A DNA stretch of 32,000 nucleotides from Longivirga aurantiaca (lineage in GTDB: Bacteria; Actinomycetota; Actinomycetes; S36-B12; CAIYMF01), in assembly GCF_042660085.1 (NCBI RefSeq), contig NZ_JBHSTI010000008.1:1389876-1421875 (forward strand), read 5' to 3'. Positions within the stretch are counted from its first letter, which is position 1, and the number at the start of each line of letters is the position of its first letter. Positions 16,694 through 25,573 of this stretch are shown here, piece after piece. The translations under genes were made by a program, and so were the position numbers. A model generated the notes under the pieces. It saw only the letters and a program-made list of their open reading frames with translations. It did no database searches and was not told the origin of the DNA.

Positions 16694-18703
16694 GTGCCCC
16701 AGATCACCGTTCGCGACCTGTCCGGCAACGACGAGGTGCGCGAGGTGCCCGAGGGCACCACCGCCGGCGAGGTCTACACCGACCGCGCGGTCGTCGTCGC
16801 CCGTGTCGACGGCGAGCTCAAGGACCTGTCGTACATCGTGTCCGGCGGCGAGGCGCTCGAGCCCGTCGCCGTCGACTCCGAGGACGGGCGCGCGGTGCTG
16901 CGGCACTCGACCGCGCACGTGCTCGCGCAGGCCGTGCAGCAGATGTTCCCCGAGGCCAAGCTCGGCATCGGCCCGCCGATCCGCGACGGCTTCTACTACG
17001 ACTTCGACGTCGCGCGGCCGTTCACCCCCGAGGACCTCGCGGCGCTCGAGAAGCGCATGCAGGAGATCATCAAGAGCGGCCAGCGCTTCCACCGGCGCGT
17101 GGTGACCGAGGACGAGGCCCGCGCCGAGCTCGCGCACGAGCCGTTCAAGCTCGAGCTCATCGGGCTCAAGGGCGGCTCGGCGGCCGATGCCGACATGAGC
17201 GACGTGATGGAGGTCGGCGGCGCCGAGCTCACCATCTACGACAACATCGACGGCAAGACCGGCCAGCGTGCGTGGTGCGACCTGTGCCGCGGCCCGCACG
17301 TGCCGACCACCCGCGTGATCCCGGCGTTCAAGCTGATGCGCTCGGCCGCGGCCTACTGGCGCGGGTCGGAGAAGAACCCGACGCTGCAGCGCATCTACGG
17401 CACCGCGTGGGAGAGCCGGGACGCGCTGAAGGCGCACCTCGCGTTCCTCGAGGAGGCCGAGCGCCGCGATCACCGCCGTCTCGGCACCGAGCTCGATCTG
17501 TTCAGCTTCCCGGACGAGATCGGCTCCGGGCTCGCGGTGTTCCACCCCAAGGGCGGCGTGATCCGTCGCGAGATGGAGCACTACTCGCGGCTGCGCCACG
17601 AGGAGGCCGGCTACGAGTTCGTCAACACCCCGCACCTGACCAAGGGGCAGCTGTACGAGATCTCGGGCCACCTCGACTGGTACGCCGAGGGCATGTACCC
17701 GCCCATGGAGCTCGACGCCGAGTACGGCCCGGACGGCGAGCTCAAGAAGGCCGGGCAGAAGTACTACATGAAGCCCATGAACTGCCCCATGCACAACCTG
17801 ATCTTCGACGCGCGGGGGCGGTCGTACCGCGAGCTGCCCCTGCGGCTCTTCGAGTTCGGCACCGTCTACCGCTACGAGAAGTCCGGCGTGGTGCACGGCC
17901 TCACCCGCGCGCGTGGCTTCACCCAGGACGACGCGCACATCTACTGCACCCCCGAGCAGATGGCCGGCGAGCTCGACTCGCTGCTCACCTTCGTGCTCGA
18001 CCTGCTGCGCGACTACGGCCTCGACGACTTCTACCTCGAGCTGTCGACCAAGGACCCGGTCAAGTTCGTCGGCACCGAGGACGTCTGGGAGCAGGCCACC
18101 GAGACGCTGCGCGCGGCGGCCGAGCGGCAGAACCTCGAGCTCGTCCTCGACCCGGGCGGCGCGGCGTTCTACGGCCCCAAGATCTCGGTCCAGGCGCGCG
18201 ATGCGATCGGCCGCACCTGGCAGATGTCCACCATCCAGGTCGACTTCAACCTGCCCGAGCGGTTCGGCCTCGAGTACACCGCAGCGGACGGCTCGCGCCA
18301 GCGCCCGGTGATGATCCACCGTGCGCTGTTCGGATCGATCGAGCGCTTCTTCGCCGTCCTCCTCGAGCACTACGCGGGGGCCTTCCCCGCGTGGCTGGCC
18401 CCCGTGCAGGTGGTGGGTATCCCGATCACCGACGGGCACGTCGACTACCTGACGGGGGTTGCGGCCGAGCTCCGCAAGGCGGGCATCCGCATCGAGGTCG
18501 ACACGAGCGACGACCGCATGCAGAAGAAGATCCGCAACGCGCAGAAGCAGAAGGTGCCGTACATGCTCATCGCCGGCGACGAGGACGTCGCCGCCGGCGC
18601 GGTGTCGTTCCGCTACCGCGACGGGTCGCAGAAGAACGGCGTACCCGTGGCCGACGCCGTCGCCGAGATCCTCGACGTCGTCCAGCGCCGCGTGCAGGTG
18701 TGA
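16694..18703 (+). CDS. thrS: Threonyl-tRNA synthetase
   Basis: 669 aa with TGS domain, [74 protein letters not shown], and [26 protein letters not shown]. Confidence 0.98.
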   Translation: MPQITVRDLSGNDEVREVPEGTTAGEVYTDRAVVVARVDGELKDLSYIVSGGEALEPVAVDSEDGRAVLRHSTAHVLAQAVQQMFPEAKLGIGPPIRDGFYYDFDVARPFTPEDLAALEKRMQEIIKSGQRFHRRVVTEDEARAELAHEPFKLELIGLKGGSAADADMSDVMEVGGAELTIYDNIDGKTGQRAWCDLCRGPHVPTTRVIPAFKLMRSAAAYWRGSEKNPTLQRIYGTAWESRDALKAHLAFLEEAERRDHRRLGTELDLFSFPDEIGSGLAVFHPKGGVIRREMEHYSRLRHEEAGYEFVNTPHLTKGQLYEISGHLDWYAEGMYPPMELDAEYGPDGELKKAGQKYYMKPMNCPMHNLIFDARGRSYRELPLRLFEFGTVYRYEKSGVVHGLTRARGFTQDDAHIYCTPEQMAGELDSLLTFVLDLLRDYGLDDFYLELSTKDPVKFVGTEDVWEQATETLRAAAERQNLELVLDPGGAAFYGPKISVQARDAIGRTWQMSTIQVDFNLPERFGLEYTAADGSRQRPVMIHRALFGSIERFFAVLLEHYAGAFPAWLAPVQVVGIPITDGHVDYLTGVAAELRKAGIRIEVDTSDDRMQKKIRNAQKQKVPYMLIAGDEDVAAGAVSFRYRDGSQKNGVPVADAVAEILDVVQRRVQV

Positions 18704-18708
18704 GCGCC

Positions 18709-19239
18709 ATGACCGAGGGACCGGGCGTGCCGCCGGGGAGCGACGCGTGGGACCGGCTCTGGACCCCGCACCGGATGGCGTACATCAAGGGCGAGAACAA
18801 ACCCACGCACACCGACGCCGGTGACGAGTGCGCGTTCTGCCGCGCCCCGGGGATCGACGGCGAGGAGAGCCTCGTCGTCGCTCGCGGCGAGCACGTGTAC
18901 GCCGTGCTCAACCTGTACCCGTACAACGCGGGGCACACGATGGTGTGCCCGTACCGGCACGTCGCCGACTACACCGACCTCGCCGACGGCGAGGTCGCGG
19001 AGCTCGCGACGTTCACGCAGCGCACGATGCGGGCGCTGCGCGCCGTGTCGGGGGCGCAGGGCTTCAACATCGGTATGAACCAGGGCCACATCGCCGGTGC
19101 CGGCATCGCCGGGCACCTACACCAGCACGTGGTGCCGCGCTGGGGAGGCGACACCAACTTCATGCCCGTCGTCGGCCACACCAAGACCATGCCCCAGCTC
19201 CTCGAGACCACACGCGACCTCCTTCTCGAAGCCTGGTAG
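18709..19239 (+). CDS. HIT domain protein (AP4A phosphorylase/hydrolase-like)
   Basis: VVARGEHVYAVLNLYPYNAGHTMVCPYRHVADYTDL...GIAGHLHQHVVPRWGGDTNFM; HxHxH triad HLHQH. Confidence 0.94.
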   Translation: MTEGPGVPPGSDAWDRLWTPHRMAYIKGENKPTHTDAGDECAFCRAPGIDGEESLVVARGEHVYAVLNLYPYNAGHTMVCPYRHVADYTDLADGEVAELATFTQRTMRALRAVSGAQGFNIGMNQGHIAGAGIAGHLHQHVVPRWGGDTNFMPVVGHTKTMPQLLETTRDLLLEAW

Positions 19240-19268
19240 CGCCCCCGGTTGATCGAACTCACCCCCCC

Positions 19269-19340
19269 CCACCTGTCGTGATGCACCCCTTGGGTCGATC
19301 ACGGTGGTTCAACTGCGTCGGATGACCCGTAGTCGTGATC
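19269..19340 (+). repeat. Left copy of an imperfect inverted repeat flanking the DCC gene
   Basis: CCACCTGT...GGGTCGATCACGG...TGACCCGTAGTCGTGATCT; matches the reverse complement of 19839-19905 in blocks of 8/8, 13/13 and 18/19. Confidence 0.8.
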
Positions 19341-19389
19341 TTGGTCGCGTCGGGGTGCCCGGACGTCGGCGGCGGGGGAGGATCGGGGC

Positions 19390-19818
19390 ATGACGGCGAC
19401 TGCACTGCGCACCGGCGCGCTCCTGGTCTTCGACGGCGACTGCGGCTTCTGCACCACGTCCGTGCGGTGGTTCGAGCGCCGCTTCCCGGATGCGTTCGCG
19501 ACCGCGCCGTACCAGTTCACCGACCTCGACTCGCTCGGCCTCACCGAGCGCGAGTGCACCGAGAAGGTGCAGTGGATCGCGGACGTCGCTGCTCCCCGCA
19601 CCACCCGCAGCGAGGGCGCGCGAGCGATCTCCGCGATGGTCCGCCACGGCGGCCGCAGCATCGGCGGCGCGATGGGCAGCGCGTGGCGCGCGGCCGGCAC
19701 GGTGGCCGACGTCGTGCCCGTGTCGCTGCTGGCCGACGTCGTGTACGCCGCGATTGCCGCGAACCGGCAGCGGCTGCCCGGCGGCACCCCGGCCTGCGCG
19801 ATGCCCCGCGCCTCCTGA
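19390..19818 (+). CDS. DCC family (DUF393) thiol-disulfide oxidoreductase-like protein
   Basis: LLVFDGDCGFCTTSVRWFERRF...YQFTDLDSLGLTERECTEKVQWI: DxxCxxC DCC motif. Confidence 0.9.
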   Translation: MTATALRTGALLVFDGDCGFCTTSVRWFERRFPDAFATAPYQFTDLDSLGLTERECTEKVQWIADVAAPRTTRSEGARAISAMVRHGGRSIGGAMGSAWRAAGTVADVVPVSLLADVVYAAIAANRQRLPGGTPACAMPRAS

Positions 19819-19838
19819 GCGGGAACCCGGCCCCCCCC

Positions 19839-19905
19839 AGATCACGAGTACGGGTCAATCGGTGCAGGTGAGCTGCCGTGATCGACCCTAGGGGTCAACA
19901 GGTGG
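19839..19905 (-). repeat. Right copy of the imperfect inverted repeat flanking the DCC gene
   Basis: Reverse complement CCACCTGTTGACCCCTAGGGTCGATCACGG...TGACCCGTACTCGTGATCT aligns with 19269-19340. Confidence 0.8.
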
Positions 19906-19977
19906 AGCAGCAGGGCCCGGACCGCGTGCGGTGGTCCGGGCCCTGCTGCTGTCCCCGTTCGTGAGGGGGCGGTGCGC

Positions 19978-22128
19978 TCAGTGCGCGGCCGACTCCTCCT
20001 GCACCTTCTTGGCGACCTGCGGCGGCATGGCCTCGTGGCCGATGTAGGTGCGCGTGAAGGTCGCGGTGCCGTGCGACAGCGACCGGAGCTCGACGGCGTA
20101 CCGCGTGAGCTCGAGCTGCGGCACGTCGGCGGTGATCGCCGTACGGCCGCTGCCGACCGGCTCGCTGCCGCCCACACGGCCACGGCGTCCGGACAGGTCG
20201 CCCATGACCGCGCCCACGTACTCGTCCGAGACGAGCACCTTGATGCGGTCGACCGGCTCGAGCAGCGAGACGCTGGCTCCGGCCGCGGCCTCCTTCAGCG
20301 CGAGCGAGCCCGCCTGCTGGAACGCCATGTCGGACGAGTCGACCGAGTGCGCCTTGCCGTCGACGAGCGTGACGCGGATGTCGATCACCGGGTAGCCGGC
20401 CGCGACGCCCTTCTCCATCTGGGCGCGGACACCCTTCTCCACGCTCGGGATGAACTGGCGCGGCACGGAGCCGCCCACCACCTTGTCGACGAACTCGAAC
20501 CCGGAGCCCTGCGGGAGCGGCTCGACCTCGATGTCGCACACGGCGAACTGGCCGTGGCCGCCGGACTGCTTCACCAAGCGCCCGTGCCCCTTGCCGGGGG
20601 AGGCGAAGGTCTCGCGCAGCGACACCCGCAGCGGCACGGAGTCGACGGCGACGCCGTACCTGTTGCGCAGCCGGTCGAGCAGCACGTCGACGTGCGCCTC
20701 TCCCATGCACCACAGCACGAGCTGGTTCGTCTCCGGGTTGCGCTCGAGGCGCATGGTCGGGTCCTCCGCCACCAGGCGGCCGAGGCCCTGGGCGAGCTTG
20801 TCGTCGTCGGCCTTGGAGTGCGCGACGATCGCCACGGGGAGCAGCGGGTCGGGCATGACCCACGGCTCGACGAGCAGCGGGCGCTCCTTCTCCGACAGCG
20901 TGTCGCCGGTCTCGGCGCGGCCCAGCTTGGCCACCGCGACGATGTCGCCCGCGACGGCGTGCGTCACCGTGCGCTGCGTCTTGCCGAGCGGGCTCGACAG
21001 GGAGCCGACGCGCTCGTCGACGTCGTGGTCCTCGTGGCCGCGGTCCGGGGCGAAGTGGCCCGACACGTGCACCACGGCGTCCGGCCGGAGCGTGCCGCTG
21101 AAGATGCGCACGAGCGAGATGCGGCCGACGTACGGGTCGGTCGTGGTCTTGACGACCTCGGCGCACAGCGGGCCGTCGACGTCGCAGGCGAGCGGGTCGC
21201 GGGGCGAGCCGTCGGGAGCGGTGGCCGAGGGCAGCGGGTGCTCGAGCGGGGACGGGAACCCGCGGACGATCAGCTCGAGGAGCTCGGTGGTGCCGTAGCC
21301 CGTGGGCGACGTCGCCGTGCCCAGCACCGGGTAGAACGAGCCCCGGGCCACCGCGGTCTCGAGGTCGGCGATGAGCGTGTCGAGGTCGAGGTCCTCGCCG
21401 GCGATGTACCGGTCCATGAGGGACTCGTCCTCGGACTCGGCGATGATCCCCTCGATGAGGTTGCCGCGGGCGCTCTCGATGAGCGGCAGGTGCTCCGCGT
21501 CCGGGTCGCGCTGCGACCGGGCACCGGAGGAGTAGTCGTACACCTGCTGGGAGAGCAGCCCGATGAATCCCGCGACGCTGCCGTCGTCCGCGGACATCGG
21601 CAGGTAGAGCGGGAGCACGCCGTCGCCGAACACGCGCTGGCAGATCGCCACGACGTCGTCGAAGTCGGCGCGCTCCTTGTCGAGCTTGGTGATCACGACC
21701 GCGCGCGGCATCCCCACGGCCGCGCACTCCTCCCAGAGCAGCTGCGTGGAGGCGTCCACGCCGTCGACGGCCGAGACCACGAAGAGGGCGGCGTCCGCGG
21801 CACGGAGGCCTGCGCGCAGGTCACCGACGAAGTCGGCGTACCCGGGGGTGTCGACGAGGTTGATCTTGACGCCCTCGAACTCGAGCGGGGCGAGGGCGAG
21901 ACCCACGGAGCGCTGCTGGCGCAGCTCGGCCTCGTCGAAGTCCGAGACGGTGCTGCCGTCCTCGACGCGGCCCGGACGCGGGATCGTGCCCGCGGCGACG
22001 AGCAGGTGCTCGACGAGGGTCGTCTTGCCGGAGCCGGACGGGCCGACCAGGACCACGTTGCGAATGCTGTCGGGCCGGTCGGCCTCCGGTGCTCTCCCGG
22101 CGGCTCCTGGGGTGTTCTTGTCGGCCAT
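19978..22128 (-). CDS. Elongation factor G-like protein (EF-G2 type)
   Basis: MADKNTPG start; VVLVGPSGSGKTTLVEHLL, INLVDTPGYADFVGDLRAGLRAADAALFVVSAVDGV, VITKLDKE, plus EF-G domain IV/V (SSDMAFQQAGSLALKEA, PVDRIKVLVSDEYVGAVMGDLSGRRGRV). Confidence 0.92.
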   Translation of the reverse strand: MADKNTPGAAGRAPEADRPDSIRNVVLVGPSGSGKTTLVEHLLVAAGTIPRPGRVEDGSTVSDFDEAELRQQRSVGLALAPLEFEGVKINLVDTPGYADFVGDLRAGLRAADAALFVVSAVDGVDASTQLLWEECAAVGMPRAVVITKLDKERADFDDVVAICQRVFGDGVLPLYLPMSADDGSVAGFIGLLSQQVYDYSSGARSQRDPDAEHLPLIESARGNLIEGIIAESEDESLMDRYIAGEDLDLDTLIADLETAVARGSFYPVLGTATSPTGYGTTELLELIVRGFPSPLEHPLPSATAPDGSPRDPLACDVDGPLCAEVVKTTTDPYVGRISLVRIFSGTLRPDAVVHVSGHFAPDRGHEDHDVDERVGSLSSPLGKTQRTVTHAVAGDIVAVAKLGRAETGDTLSEKERPLLVEPWVMPDPLLPVAIVAHSKADDDKLAQGLGRLVAEDPTMRLERNPETNQLVLWCMGEAHVDVLLDRLRNRYGVAVDSVPLRVSLRETFASPGKGHGRLVKQSGGHGQFAVCDIEVEPLPQGSGFEFVDKVVGGSVPRQFIPSVEKGVRAQMEKGVAAGYPVIDIRVTLVDGKAHSVDSSDMAFQQAGSLALKEAAAGASVSLLEPVDRIKVLVSDEYVGAVMGDLSGRRGRVGGSEPVGSGRTAITADVPQLELTRYAVELRSLSHGTATFTRTYIGHEAMPPQVAKKVQEESAAH

Positions 22129-22244
22129 CTCGATCGCCTCCAGCGTCGTTGCGGTGGCTCGGCCGCACTGGGGGCGCGGCACTGGCTCACACCTTTCTCC
22201 TGCGGCCCCCGCGAGGCAACCGATTCGCACCATGCGCGCGCCGT

Positions 22245-22250
22245 TACTCT
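22245..22250 (+). promoter_or_regulatory. Putative -10 (TACTCT) of pgsA, near-leaderless
   Basis: TANNNT hexamer 10 nt before ATG 22261. Confidence 0.35.
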
Positions 22251-22260
22251 CGTCACCGTC

Positions 22261-22884
22261 ATGCTGAACAACGCCGCCGCTCGCAGAGCCGTCTCCGGGA
22301 TCGTCGACCCAGTCGCCAAGGGGCTGCTGCGGATCGGCCTCTCGCCCGACGCCGTGACCCTCATCGGCACGGTTGCCACCTGCGTGGCGGCGCTGTGGTT
22401 CTTCCCACGTCAGCAGTGGGTGGCCGGCACCCTCGTGATCGCCGCCTTCGTCGTCGCCGACCTCCTCGACGGCACGATGGCCCGGATCTCGGGTCGCAGC
22501 GGACCGTGGGGCGCGTTCCTCGACTCCACCCTCGACCGGGTTGCCGACGGCGCGATCTTCGGCGGAGTGGTGCTCGGCCTCGCACTGTCGGGCGACACCC
22601 TCTCGGCTGCCGCGTGCCTCCTGGCCCTCGTGGGCGGTGGGGTCGTGTCGTACGCGAAGGCGCGGGCCGAGAGCATCGGCGTCGAGTGCAACGTCGGCAT
22701 CGCCGAGCGGGCCGAGCGCGTGATCCTCCTGCTCGTCGCCACCTTCCTCACCGGGCTCGGTGTGCCCTACGTGCTCCCCGTAGCGGTGTGGATCCTCGCG
22801 GGGCTCACCTGGATCACCGTCGGGCAGCGCATCCTGCACGTGCGGCGGCAGCTGCGCGTGCTCCCCCCCGAGGACGCCGCATGA
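22261..22884 (+). CDS. pgsA: CDP-alcohol phosphatidyltransferase, probable phosphatidylinositol phosphate synthase
   Basis: ADLLDGTMARISGRSGPWGAFLDSTLDRVADGAIFGG matches DGxxAR(x8)GxxxDxxxD; neighbours are PIM-pathway genes. Confidence 0.94.
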   Translation: MLNNAAARRAVSGIVDPVAKGLLRIGLSPDAVTLIGTVATCVAALWFFPRQQWVAGTLVIAAFVVADLLDGTMARISGRSGPWGAFLDSTLDRVADGAIFGGVVLGLALSGDTLSAAACLLALVGGGVVSYAKARAESIGVECNVGIAERAERVILLLVATFLTGLGVPYVLPVAVWILAGLTWITVGQRILHVRRQLRVLPPEDAA

Positions 22885-23795
22885 GCGCGCTGATGGACCA
22901 GATCACCACCCTGGGCTTCGGTGCGGGCTGGGCGGTCGTCAAGCGGATGCCGGACCGTACGGCGAACGCCACGTTCGAGCGTCTCGCCGACGCCTCGTGG
23001 GCGCGGCGCGGCCCGTCCGTGCAGCGGCTCGAGTCCAACATCCGCCGCGTCGTGGGCCCCGACGTCACCGAGGGCGAGCTCCGCGTGCTGTCCAAGCAGG
23101 CGATGCGCTCCTACCTGCGCTACTGGTGCGAGGCGTTCCGCCTTCCCGGCTGGAGCCGCGAGCGCATCGTCGAGTCGATCACGGTGATCGACGACCACCA
23201 CCTGGCCGACGGCCTCGCCACAGGCCGCGGCGTGGTCGTCGCGCTGCCGCACATGGGCAACTGGGACCACGCGGGCGCCTGGGCGACCCTCGCGCACTCG
23301 CACGTCGTCACCGTCGCGGAGAGGCTCAAGCCCGAGGACCTGTACGAGAAGTTCCTCGCCTACCGTCGCAGCCTCGGGATGGACGTCATCCCGCTCACCG
23401 GCGGCGAGCCGGTCTTCCCCTACCTCGCCGACCGCCTCCGCGAGGGCAACCTCGTCGCGCTGCTCGGCGACCGCGACCTCTCGAACTCCGGTGTGCCCGT
23501 GCAGTTCTTCGGCGCCAAGGCCAAGATGCCCGCGGGCCCCGCCGCCCTCGCCGTCGACACCGGCGCGGTTCTGATCACGGCGTCGCTGTACCTCGAGGAC
23601 GGCCGCAACCACGTGCGGTTCCAGCCGCCGGTCGACGTGCCCCAGGAGGGCGAGCGGTCGCGGCGCATCTTCCGCACCACCCAGCTCGTCGCGGACAACT
23701 TCGAGGACAGCATCCGTGCGCGCCCGACCGACTGGCACATGCTGCAGCGGCTCTGGGTCGACGACCTCGATCCGGCGAAGGCGCCGAAGGCATGA
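22881..23795 (+). CDS. Phosphatidylinositol mannoside acyltransferase (LpxL/HtrB-like)
   Basis: RGVVVALPHMGNWDHAG, LGMDVIPLTGG, GNLVALLGDRDLSNSGVPVQFFG; ATGA overlap with pgsA. Confidence 0.92.
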   Translation: MSALMDQITTLGFGAGWAVVKRMPDRTANATFERLADASWARRGPSVQRLESNIRRVVGPDVTEGELRVLSKQAMRSYLRYWCEAFRLPGWSRERIVESITVIDDHHLADGLATGRGVVVALPHMGNWDHAGAWATLAHSHVVTVAERLKPEDLYEKFLAYRRSLGMDVIPLTGGEPVFPYLADRLREGNLVALLGDRDLSNSGVPVQFFGAKAKMPAGPAALAVDTGAVLITASLYLEDGRNHVRFQPPVDVPQEGERSRRIFRTTQLVADNFEDSIRARPTDWHMLQRLWVDDLDPAKAPKA

Positions 23796-24958
23796 AGGTC
23801 GGCATCGTCTGCCCGTACGACTGGTCGGCCCCCGGCGGCGTCCAGGTGCACATCCGCGACCTCGCGGTCGCGCTGCAGCGGCTCGGCCACGAGGTGAGCG
23901 TGCTGACGCCGGCCGACGACGAGACGGACCTCCCGCCGTACGTCGTGTCCACGGGCGGCGCGGTGTCCGTGGCCTACAACGGATCACGGGCCAAGGTGGC
24001 GATCGGCCCGATCTCCACGCGGCGGGTGCGCCGCTGGATCCGTGAGGGCGAGTTCGACGTCCTGCACATCCACGAGCCGCTCGCGCCGAGCCTGTCGATC
24101 CTGTCGTGCTGGGCCGCGCGCGGACCGATCGTGGCCACGTGGCACTCGTCGATGGCCCGCTCGCGGATCCTCGCCGCCGGGTTCTCCATCGGCCAGACCG
24201 CGCTCGAGAAGGTGTCGGCGCGGATCGCGGTTAGCGAGGCCGCCCGCCAGACCCTGGTGGAGCACATGGGCGGCGACGCCGTGCTCATCCCCAACGGCGT
24301 CGACTGCTCGCTGTTCGGAGAGGGGGAGCCGCTCGACGGCTGGCCCGGCGAGGGCGGGGCGCTGTTCTTCATCGGCCGCATCGACGAGCCGCGCAAGGGC
24401 CTCCCGGTGCTGCTCGCGGCGATGCCCGACATCATCGCCGCCCACCCCGACGTCCGGCTGCTCGTGGCCGGTCCCGGCGACGTGGAGGAGATCGAGGGCG
24501 ACCTGCCGCCCGAGGTGGCCGAGCACGTCACCTTCCTCGGCCTGGTGTCCGAGGAGACCAAGGCCCGGGCGTTTGTGTCGGCGGACATCTACGTGGCCCC
24601 CAACACCGGCGGCGAGAGCTTCGGCATCGTTTTGCTCGAGGCCATGGCGAGCGGCACCCCGGTGCTCGCGAGCGACCTCGAGGCCTTCCGCCGGGTCACC
24701 GACGAGGGTCGCGCCGGCGCCGCGTTCGCCAACGAGGACCCCGAGGACCTCGCCCGCGCGGCCATCGCGCTGCTGGACGACGTGGAGGAGCGGGAGCGCC
24801 TGTCCCGCGAGGGGCTGCTGCGCGCCCGCGAGTTCGACTGGGAGACCGTCGCGAAGCGGGTGGTCGAGGTGTACGAGTCGGTGACCGTGACCGGCGAGAA
24901 GGTGTCCGAGGACCTGCGCGGCCAGCTCGTCGGCAGGCTCGCCCGAGGGGGTGGCTGA
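23792..24958 (+). CDS. pimA: Glycosyltransferase family 4, phosphatidylinositol mannosyltransferase
   Basis: MKVGIVCPYDWSAPGGVQVHIRDLA, HIHEPLAPSLS, ATWHSS, VLIPNGVD, and APNTGGESFGIVLLEAMASGTPVLASDLEAFRRV. Confidence 0.95.
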   Translation: MKVGIVCPYDWSAPGGVQVHIRDLAVALQRLGHEVSVLTPADDETDLPPYVVSTGGAVSVAYNGSRAKVAIGPISTRRVRRWIREGEFDVLHIHEPLAPSLSILSCWAARGPIVATWHSSMARSRILAAGFSIGQTALEKVSARIAVSEAARQTLVEHMGGDAVLIPNGVDCSLFGEGEPLDGWPGEGGALFFIGRIDEPRKGLPVLLAAMPDIIAAHPDVRLLVAGPGDVEEIEGDLPPEVAEHVTFLGLVSEETKARAFVSADIYVAPNTGGESFGIVLLEAMASGTPVLASDLEAFRRVTDEGRAGAAFANEDPEDLARAAIALLDDVEERERLSREGLLRAREFDWETVAKRVVEVYESVTVTGEKVSEDLRGQLVGRLARGGG

Positions 24959-24960
24959 CC

Positions 24961-25533
24961 GTGGACCTCGTGTGGCTCACCGACCTGCTCGTCGTCGTGG
25001 TTGTCCTCGGCGCGATCACGGTCTACCTGTCCTCGCTCGCCGGGCGCCTCGACCGCCTGCACCGCAAGATCGAGACGGCCCACGCCGCGCTCGACGCGCA
25101 GCTGCTCCGCCGGGTGGCAGCCACCCAGGACCTCGCGTCGTCCGGGCTGCTGGACCCGGCCTCGGCCCTGGTGCTGTCGTCCGCGGCGCAGTCGGCCTTC
25201 GTCATGGACGCCGACGACGACGCGCACCGGTCGCTGGTGGAGAGCGAGCTCACGCGCACGCTCGGGACCGTGTTCGAGACGCGGGAGGACGTCGACGAGG
25301 TCGTCGAGGGGGCCGGGTCGGACGCCGCCGTGGCCGACCAGCTGCTCGACGAGCTCGCGGTGGCCTGCCGGCGCGTCGAGCTCGCCCGCCGGTTCCACAA
25401 CGACGTCGTGCGCAGCTGCCTGGAGCTGCGGCACCGCCGCATCTCGCGCTGGTTCCGCCTCGCCGGTCACACACCGTTGCCGGCGCCGGTCGACTTCGAC
25501 GACACGCCCCCTGCGGGCCTGGCGACTCGCTGA
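24961..25533 (+). CDS. Membrane-anchored LemA-like/hypothetical protein
   Basis: N-terminal TM then LDRLHRKIETAHAALDAQLLRRVAATQDLA...VELARRFHNDVVRSCLELRHRRISRWFRLAG, LemA-like C-terminal pattern. Confidence 0.75.
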   Translation: MDLVWLTDLLVVVVVLGAITVYLSSLAGRLDRLHRKIETAHAALDAQLLRRVAATQDLASSGLLDPASALVLSSAAQSAFVMDADDDAHRSLVESELTRTLGTVFETREDVDEVVEGAGSDAAVADQLLDELAVACRRVELARRFHNDVVRSCLELRHRRISRWFRLAGHTPLPAPVDFDDTPPAGLATR

Positions 25534-25573
25534 CCCTCGCCGGTTTACAGTCGCAGACGAGCCCGCATGTTCG

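Noticed and set aside
16661-18439. 592-aa minus-strand ORF
   Set aside because: Antisense shadow ORF of thrS, produced by GC-rich third codon positions.
19972-22884. 970-aa plus-strand ORF spanning the EF-G2-like gene and pgsA
   Set aside because: Arg/Gly/His-rich antisense translation with no family motifs until it enters another reading frame; the minus-strand EF-G and ATG 22261 pgsA explain the region.
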